A stretch of 64,000 nt of DNA, taken from positions 620,001-684,000 of the forward strand of contig CP128816.1 of the NCBI GenBank assembly GCA_051546255.1, written 5' to 3'. Numbering within the stretch: the stretch's first letter is position 1; the number at the start of each line of letters is the position of its first letter. Origin of the DNA: Meyerozyma guilliermondii (lineage: Eukaryota). Of the stretch, positions 57,621 through 64,000 are shown in pieces. A model generated the notes under the pieces. The model did no database searches. It was not told the origin of the DNA and worked only from the letters and a program-made list of their open reading frames with translations. A program made the translations under genes and the position numbers.

Positions 57621-60600
57621 CTAATTTACAACTCCCTTCAAAACCTCATTGCTGGAAACAACCCCAGAAAACTTCCCATCCAAGTATTTCAACAACTCGA
57701 TAACCTTGGTTTTGAGATCTTCTGTAGCAAATTGTTTCAATCTGTCCATGTTCTCCTCTCTGCCAAGAGTAGCCTCATCTGCCAACTTGATTCTTTTAGC
57801 CTCCTTGGTGAAGATCTGGGCAAAGATGTCCACTACACGTTGAGTCTCATTCAAAATGAGCTCATTGTTGTTTTCGTAAAGCGTAAGAATCAATTTGAAA
57901 ATAGGTTCATTTTCTTCAAACGCAGTTTCCAATGGCAAGTGAGCCAATAAGGGTCCCAATACATGGTTCATTGGAACAGCCAGAGGGTTCTTAAGAGCCA
58001 TACGTGCAACACATCCACAAGCATTGGCGTAGGATCTGTGAACAACGTCTTTGGCTTCTTCGTCATCAGCACTATCAGCACGTTTATCGGTTTTGTTTAA
58101 CAACAGGAACAAAAGCTGCAAAATGTTGTTGTAACCAGAAGAAAAATCATTGGAACTGCTCTCAATGACAATACCAACTCCGTAGGCGGCATTTCCCTTT
58201 ACTTCTAACGATTTATCGTTGGCCAACTTATCGACAAAAACAGTAAGCAATTGCTCACTCGCTGGGTTGGCCTCCTTAAGTCCTGAAGATATTTCTGCAA
58301 GAGCACCAATGGAGCTCACTCTCTTGTTCTTTGATTTTCCGTTGACATTCGCCAAGATGATGTCCTTGAAAGAGCCAAAGATCTTGTTGAAGTCACCAGC
58401 CAACGCAGAAGACAAACTGATCAACACCTCCAAAGCAGACTCATACAAAAGTGCCTCAGTCTCGGAAGCATCTTCCTCGTCAGCAGGACCCTCTTCATCT
58501 TCCAATTGACAAGGGTGCTCCTTCTTGATAATATTCATCAATTGAACACACAATGACTCAAGGACAGTAGTGTCAGCAGCCGAGTCAACGATAGCAATAG
58601 CACCCAAAGCATGAATGGCTTCGGACAAGTTGTCAAGAATGCAAGCAACCATGGTCAACTCGAACTCTTCCTCCAAGTTAGCAATGGCAATTTTTCTGAC
58701 AGTTTGAATCAACTGAACGATGGAAGCATCAACATATGGTTGTTGAGGAACTCCCTTGGGAGCTTTGAAGTTCTCACCGACAGTAGCAACAAACATGGCA
58801 CGGGCAATTTTCCACATAGCGTTCATGGCAGCTTCTCTCATACCGTAAGAATTGTCGATTTGATCTGCCAATGTCTTGAGCGATGGCTCGACAAATCTAG
58901 CAAACTGGCTTCCAGTACCGGCAGCCAACTCACCCAAGGCGACAGATGCAATTTCCTTTTCAATGGTGATACCAGTGTGGACGTTGAACTTGTTTTCTAA
59001 GTCCTCCTCTTCGTCGTCAGCACCTATTTCTTCTTCCTCGTTCAAGCCATCGAAGGTGAATTCTTCTTGCTCCAAACACTTGAGAATTTCAGGAACGATC
59101 TGATCCAAAAAGCCTGCCAATTCGGCTCCATAAACCTTAGCCATATTGGTAATAAAAGCAAATCCAGACTCTCTGATTCTGGAGTGTTCAGAACTAAGAG
59201 AACCGTAAGCTGCCTCAATCAAAGGCTTGGCGTAAGAAGCAAAAGACTGAGAACCCACAGCCCTGGCCATGGTCGAGATGTTTTCAAAAGTCAAAGCTCT
59301 CAACTCAATGTCATCTTCAGACATTCCCTCAGTTTCAGCAGCATTAGCGATGAATGGTTCCAAGTACTGGACCGAATTGGTAAAGTATGGAGTGAATGCC
59401 TTTCCGCCGGCAAAAGCAGTGGAACCAATGGCAGACACAATTGCAGCTTTCAAAGTCGAGCTGTTGGCCTGTTGAAGCATGTGGAACAACTTATTCATCA
59501 ATGGCTCCAAGTACTGAGCAATAGCTTCATGACTCATGAATTCAATCAAACCGTCCAATGCGAAACAGGCATACTTGTAAGCACGCACAGATGTAGCTGA
59601 GTCGATACTGGCAATGATCAAGGGTAGCAATTCCTCGTGGAAGTCAGCAATACCGTCTTGCAATTCTGTAGTCAATTGCGATAAAGTTCTCAATGCTGCA
59701 ACCTTGACGATCCATTGTTCATCTTTCAACCCGTTCACCAAAGCAGGAACAATCTTGTTGATTTGAGACAAGTAGAAGTCGGGAGCACCGGTACTACCAA
59801 CACCCAAGCACAACAAACCGGCTCTTCTTTCGAACTGATTAGAAGACGACAACATACCATTAAGATTCTCAAACAAAGGAACAAGAACCTGAGAAGGAGG
59901 CATTTCAGCAGCAAGCATGGCCACCAAACGCAATGCCAAAGATGAGGGTACGTTTTCTTCGTTTTCGTTTTCGTCGTCTTCAGTGCCTAATTCCTCGTCA
60001 ACATCGACTTCTTCCGAAGCAATCTTGCAAGCCACCGAAGTGATCTGAGGACCTATTTTGGCAGAAACGAGTTTAGACTTTCTCATGGAAACGCAAGAAA
60101 TCAAAAATTGCAAGCCAAAGCTTCTGTATTCATCATCGAGTTGAGTATTGGCGGCGATCTCACCTGTGAGTTGAACCAAATTGATCAAATGGTCACCGAC
60201 CAAACTGGAATCGAGATAAAGGAAGTTGTTGATGGCATTGAACACCAACTTGGCCTGTTCGTCATCATCTGAGCTAATAACTTGCTTTAACACATCCATC
60301 ATTCCTGGTACCAATGACTTGAATTTTGCAGCCAGAGCATCGTTCAAGTCCAGCTCGATAAGCTGCGAAATCACGTCCAACGACAACACGGCATTGACAC
60401 GAACACTGGCAGACATATCAGTCAAGAGGTTACCGAAAAGTGACAAAAAGTCATTGATATGAGGGAACAAAGCAGCCACTTGAGTTTCTAACAAAGTGAA
60501 CAATGTGTACACTGCCATTTCCTTGGTCTGAACGTCACCACCTTGGATCCCTTTGACCAAGCTGGGCAACAATTCCTGCCACTCTCCCTTGTCCAAATCA

Positions 60601-60938
60601 ATTTCTCCAATTGCAGCCACCACTCGGGCCGACGAATGTCTGATGAGAGCCGAGGGTTGAGTGAAGGTATTTTGCAACATCGACTCGCGGATTTGGGGCT
60701 TTTGTGAAGCATCGAGGGTCTCCCATTTGGAAAGCACCAACTTACGAGCCTCAACCGAGGCAAGCTGTTTGATTTGGTCGTTGGAGGAATTTTGTAAAAT
60801 GTGAATCAACGCTGGAAGCGCCAAATCGTTTGGGTATAACTCCTTGGACAACCGCTGGGAAGCCTGCTTGATGGCTACCGAGTCGGGGACCAAGGTCTGC
60901 TTTAATGTGTCCTCCAACTGGGAGACATACGAGTCCAT
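57621..60938 (-). CDS. KAP123: Importin beta-4
   Basis: IBN_N (LY....ALPALIHIL...QLASVEARK), HEAT repeats, RESGFAFI.NMAKVYG, VHTGITIEKEIA. Confidence 0.93.
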   Translation of the reverse strand: MDSYVSQLEDTLKQTLVPDSVAIKQASQRLSKELYPNDLALPALIHILQNSSNDQIKQLASVEARKLVLSKWETLDASQKPQIRESMLQNTFTQPSALIRHSSARVVAAIGEIDLDKGEWQELLPSLVKGIQGGDVQTKEMAVYTLFTLLETQVAALFPHINDFLSLFGNLLTDMSASVRVNAVLSLDVISQLIELDLNDALAAKFKSLVPGMMDVLKQVISSDDDEQAKLVFNAINNFLYLDSSLVGDHLINLVQLTGEIAANTQLDDEYRSFGLQFLISCVSMRKSKLVSAKIGPQITSVACKIASEEVDVDEELGTEDDENENEENVPSSLALRLVAMLAAEMPPSQVLVPLFENLNGMLSSSNQFERRAGLLCLGVGSTGAPDFYLSQINKIVPALVNGLKDEQWIVKVAALRTLSQLTTELQDGIADFHEELLPLIIASIDSATSVRAYKYACFALDGLIEFMSHEAIAQYLEPLMNKLFHMLQQANSSTLKAAIVSAIGSTAFAGGKAFTPYFTNSVQYLEPFIANAAETEGMSEDDIELRALTFENISTMARAVGSQSFASYAKPLIEAAYGSLSSEHSRIRESGFAFITNMAKVYGAELAGFLDQIVPEILKCLEQEEFTFDGLNEEEEIGADDEEEDLENKFNVHTGITIEKEIASVALGELAAGTGSQFARFVEPSLKTLADQIDNSYGMREAAMNAMWKIARAMFVATVGENFKAPKGVPQQPYVDASIVQLIQTVRKIAIANLEEEFELTMVACILDNLSEAIHALGAIAIVDSAADTTVLESLCVQLMNIIKKEHPCQLEDEEGPADEEDASETEALLYESALEVLISLSSALAGDFNKIFGSFKDIILANVNGKSKNKRVSSIGALAEISSGLKEANPASEQLLTVFVDKLANDKSLEVKGNAAYGVGIVIESSSNDFSSGYNNILQLLFLLLNKTDKRADSADDEEAKDVVHRSYANACGCVARMALKNPLAVPMNHVLGPLLAHLPLETAFEENEPIFKLILTLYENNNELILNETQRVVDIFAQIFTKEAKRIKLADEATLGREENMDRLKQFATEDLKTKVIELLKYLDGKFSGVVSSNEVLKGVVN

Positions 60939-61099
60939 GCTGATGGTTTACAAAGAAAAAAAAATTTGTGATGAGATCTGGCGATGGTCCTGCACGGTGC
61001 ATACAATGACGAAGGGTATAAGGTTGGAATATATGTATGACAAGAAGAGATGAAGGTACAAAGGTAAGCGGGCTTGAATGCTGGTGTCGAATTGTCTAT

Positions 61100-62293
61100 T
61101 CACATAATTTTGCTAAGGTCTGCGGGCACTTCTCGTATTTTTGTTGAATAGTAGTGTTGGAGCAGCTTGAGCTCATCCTTATCCTGGCTAGTTAGTAAGT
61201 TAATAGCGGTTCCCTTTCTTCCAAATCTTCCTGAACGTCCGATACGATGCACATAGTTCTCCTTATCAAGGGGAAGATCATAGTTAATTACCAACGAAAC
61301 TTGTTGGACATCGATTCCTCGGGCCCATACATCGGTGGAGATGAGTACTCTTGTAGAACCCGAACGAAATTCTTTCATGATGCTATCTCTGTCCTCCTGC
61401 TTCATATCTCCATGCATAGCGGCAACTGTGAAGTTGGACTTGCGCATCTGGCCGGCGAGCCAATTAACTTTGGCTTTTGTATTGCAAAAGATAACCGCCT
61501 GGGTGATGGTGAGATTGTCATATAAATCACAAAGAGTATCGAATTTCCAATCTTCCTTCTCACACTGAATATAGTACTGCTTGATGCCCTTCAAGGTGAC
61601 ATCGTCTCGTTTCACCAAAATCTTTACGGGATCCGAGGTAAACTTATTTGTCATTTCCAACACTTCAGGCGTAAGTGTAGCACTTACAACCACCACTTGA
61701 GCTCCTGCCGGAAGTGTCTTGTATATCTCATAGATCTGCTCTTTAAACCCCTTGGTCAAAAGCTCATCAGCTTCATCCAATACAAGCATCTTTACATGTC
61801 GAGGCATGATATTCCTCCGCTTAATCATATCGAGAACTCGTCCTGGAGTACCACTGATAATATGTTGACCTTGTTGCAATTTTTTGACATCTTCGCCCAC
61901 CTGGGTGCCTCCAATACAAGCATGACTTCGTACGTTCATATAATCTCCCAAATGTTCGATAACATTTTCAATCTGCTGGGCGAGCTCTCTGGTCGGGGAA
62001 AGCACCAATGCTTGACAATCTTTGGATTTTGTATCTATCAGCGATAATATTCCTATAGAGAAAGTGGCTGTCTTTCCGGTTCCAGATTGAGCCTGGGCAA
62101 TCGTATCTCGACCACGAATTATTTGCATTATAGCTCGAGACTGAATTGCCGATGGGGCCTCGAAACCGTAGTTGTAAATACCCTTGAGAAGTTCTGGTTT
62201 CAAGTTCATACTTTCAAACGTGGGATATATCTTGACCTTCTTGGTCAGCTTGGTAAACTCTAGTTCTTCGTCTAGTTCCCGATCAAAATCCAT
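61100..62293 (-). CDS. FAL1: eIF4AIII-like DEAD-box helicase Fal1
   Basis: [53 protein letters not shown] and RRPE-like TGAAAATT at about 62315-62333. Confidence 0.96.
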   Translation of the reverse strand: MDFDRELDEELEFTKLTKKVKIYPTFESMNLKPELLKGIYNYGFEAPSAIQSRAIMQIIRGRDTIAQAQSGTGKTATFSIGILSLIDTKSKDCQALVLSPTRELAQQIENVIEHLGDYMNVRSHACIGGTQVGEDVKKLQQGQHIISGTPGRVLDMIKRRNIMPRHVKMLVLDEADELLTKGFKEQIYEIYKTLPAGAQVVVVSATLTPEVLEMTNKFTSDPVKILVKRDDVTLKGIKQYYIQCEKEDWKFDTLCDLYDNLTITQAVIFCNTKAKVNWLAGQMRKSNFTVAAMHGDMKQEDRDSIMKEFRSGSTRVLISTDVWARGIDVQQVSLVINYDLPLDKENYVHRIGRSGRFGRKGTAINLLTSQDKDELKLLQHYYSTKIREVPADLSKIM

Positions 62294-62505
62294 GGTGCTC
62301 TTGTGATGATCTTCGCGATGAGATTTGAAAATTATCTAGTGAGATAAACGAGCTGAGATACAGTCAAAAAGAATAAATTGGCTATCTTAAAAAGCCGAAG
62401 AACTATAGTTTGTTCACACCAACAACCTGACTATTCCAGTCTTATCAAAAAACCCTCATCACAACTTTTTTCACACAACTTTACAAACCTTCATCACTCG
62501 TCACC

Positions 62506-63216
62506 ATGTCTTCGGTTTTGATCCTTATAGGCGGCGGTCACGCTTCCGGCAAACGTACAATGGCACACATGCTCAGCGATACAGTCAAAAGCACTTGGAT
62601 AGACGCGGGCATGGAAATAGCTATCTGGGACATGGAAAAGTACAACACTGAAAAGGACAACCAAGCTGCCGTTACTTCTTACTCTGCAATTGCCATAGAT
62701 TCTACGGGAAACTTGGTCAAAAAGCCCTCTAGGTACGACATTGGACAGTTGAAGAAAGACTTGAAGGAAGACATGTCCGGAATTCCATCTGGCTCGCAAA
62801 AGATATATTTTGTTCATGGTCTCTATGCTCTCTACGATAAAGAGCTCAGAGACATGTCTCAGATCAAGGTTTTCATGTCCAGCGACCCTGATACGAGGCT
62901 CATACGATGGATTCGTAGAGATGTGGTGGAGGGAAAATCGTCTTTGGAGTCGGTGATTTACAGCTACTTGAAAGGTGCTCGACAAGAAATGCAAGATTTC
63001 ATTTTTCCAACCAAGGAAATGGCGGACGTAATTATGCCTCGTGGAGCAGAACACAACGCCGCCAGCCTCATAGTAGATGGTATAGTGTCTCATCTTACTC
63101 AGAAACCACTAGACAAGCTTTATGCTGGCGGGGCCTCGCTCAGACCCACTTCCAGCAACGTTTTTGGAGGAGAAGTGTTGGACAACCAGAAGGCTACGTT
63201 TTATGATTTAACTTAG
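62506..63216 (+). CDS. DAS2: Uridine kinase-like protein Das2
   Basis: IGGGHASGK P-loop variant, GLYALYD, DPDTRLIRWI.RD, PTKEMADVIMP. Confidence 0.85.
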   Translation: MSSVLILIGGGHASGKRTMAHMLSDTVKSTWIDAGMEIAIWDMEKYNTEKDNQAAVTSYSAIAIDSTGNLVKKPSRYDIGQLKKDLKEDMSGIPSGSQKIYFVHGLYALYDKELRDMSQIKVFMSSDPDTRLIRWIRRDVVEGKSSLESVIYSYLKGARQEMQDFIFPTKEMADVIMPRGAEHNAASLIVDGIVSHLTQKPLDKLYAGGASLRPTSSNVFGGEVLDNQKATFYDLT

Positions 63217-63238
63217 TATCTTAATGCATTCGTCGTAT

Positions 63239-64000
63239 TTAACTCGTCTCTCTCAAAAATTGGGCCACGGGATCAGTCTCGAGTGCATACTCTTGGAGAT
63301 TTCTAATCTTATCGTCCGAGATGCCGTCCTTCAATGTCTTGTCTGTTTGATACCACCGCTTGATCAAGTATGGCATTTCACTCTTCTTCAAGTAGTCTGT
63401 GAACCCGGAATAAACCTCAAAGCTGTTGTACTCCAATAACGACTGGAAAGAGTAGTAGAGCCGGTCGCACTTGACTCCACACTTGAGAAACATATCCACA
63501 AGTGCTCCTCGTGGAGGAGTTTGGGTTATGGAATCTTCCTCAATAGCACTTCGTATGGTTTTGCAAATGAGCTTCACTAAATCATCGAGCGGAAACACGG
63601 TGTCGTTGGAAGACAATTGCAACCCAATGGGTGTGAATAAATTAGTGATGGTAATGTAGAGAGGTTCAACTCTTGCTTCTTTCACCGTTAAGAATTCGTG
63701 GAGGATCCGCTCAAAGAAAAGCTCCCATCTTTTGAGTATGTCATCGCTGTTCTTGTAATCTGATACTTTAAAGATCAACAACGAAAGGTTGTAATAACCC
63801 AATGGATCGGTGTAATTGTTGAAAAGCTCGCTAATGTTGAGAATCTTGAAATTTAGGGCTTGGGTTGCCAAATCCTTGTTATCTTTGCTAATACGCAAGT
63901 CAGCCTTGATGGCAGCAAGAAGATCGAGCTGGATGTTTGCAACATCAAAAAGCTCTAAAACCACAGATGACAAATGGATCATTTTCTGCCTCACGTTGGG
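63239..64000 (-). CDS. NUP170: Nucleoporin Nup170/Nup157 C-terminus (5'-truncated by window edge)
   Basis: LELFDVANIQ, ISELFNNYTDPLGYY.L.L.IFKVSDY, VFPLD, YALETDP; frame is open to the window end. Confidence 0.85.
   Translation of the reverse strand, partial: PNVRQKMIHLSSVVLELFDVANIQLDLLAAIKADLRISKDNKDLATQALNFKILNISELFNNYTDPLGYYNLSLLIFKVSDYKNSDDILKRWELFFERILHEFLTVKEARVEPLYITITNLFTPIGLQLSSNDTVFPLDDLVKLICKTIRSAIEEDSITQTPPRGALVDMFLKCGVKCDRLYYSFQSLLEYNSFEVYSGFTDYLKKSEMPYLIKRWYQTDKTLKDGISDDKIRNLQEYALETDPVAQFLRETS

Noticed and set aside
58219..60462. Multiple + strand ORFs opposite KAP123
   Set aside because: Typical antisense shadows of a codon-biased gene.

Overview
This is a 64-kb, gene-dense stretch of a budding-yeast chromosome from the CUG-Ser clade (Debaryomycetaceae/Candida-like). 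CTG codons sit at positions that are invariant Ser in casein kinase I, so the standard-code ORF track shows L where the protein has S. About 40 protein genes are present. Most are recognisable housekeeping genes: partial P450, SYP1, MEP2, UPF0183/PHAF1, LEA1, SNT2, CEG1, FMO1, GIM3, a GNAT acetyltransferase, glutaredoxin, a CUP9-like homeobox gene, EXO70, TRL1, MAG1, AFR1-like, HIU hydrolase, STN1, RRP8, DSE1, RSP5, CK1, EAF3, RGI1, TIM22, a class I chitin synthase, AAH1, ATG8, PET112, STE3, KAP123, FAL1, DAS2 and partial NUP170. A few orphan ORFs are also present. I saw no tRNA, rRNA, CRISPR array or transposon. Top leads: (1) an intact 412-aa orphan (19415-20653, -) whose motif order resembles, from memory, negative-strand RNA virus (qinvirus-like) nucleoproteins, i.e. 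a candidate domesticated viral gene, 39 bp upstream of a glutaredoxin; (2) next to it, a CUP9-like TALE homeodomain lacking the hallmark PYP tripeptide, with TGACA(G) sites in the shared intergenic; (3) ATG8 with a 5'-UTR intron abutting the ATG and a C-terminal pro-tail containing a WxxL (AIM-like) motif. All identifications come from recognising motifs by eye; no searches were run.
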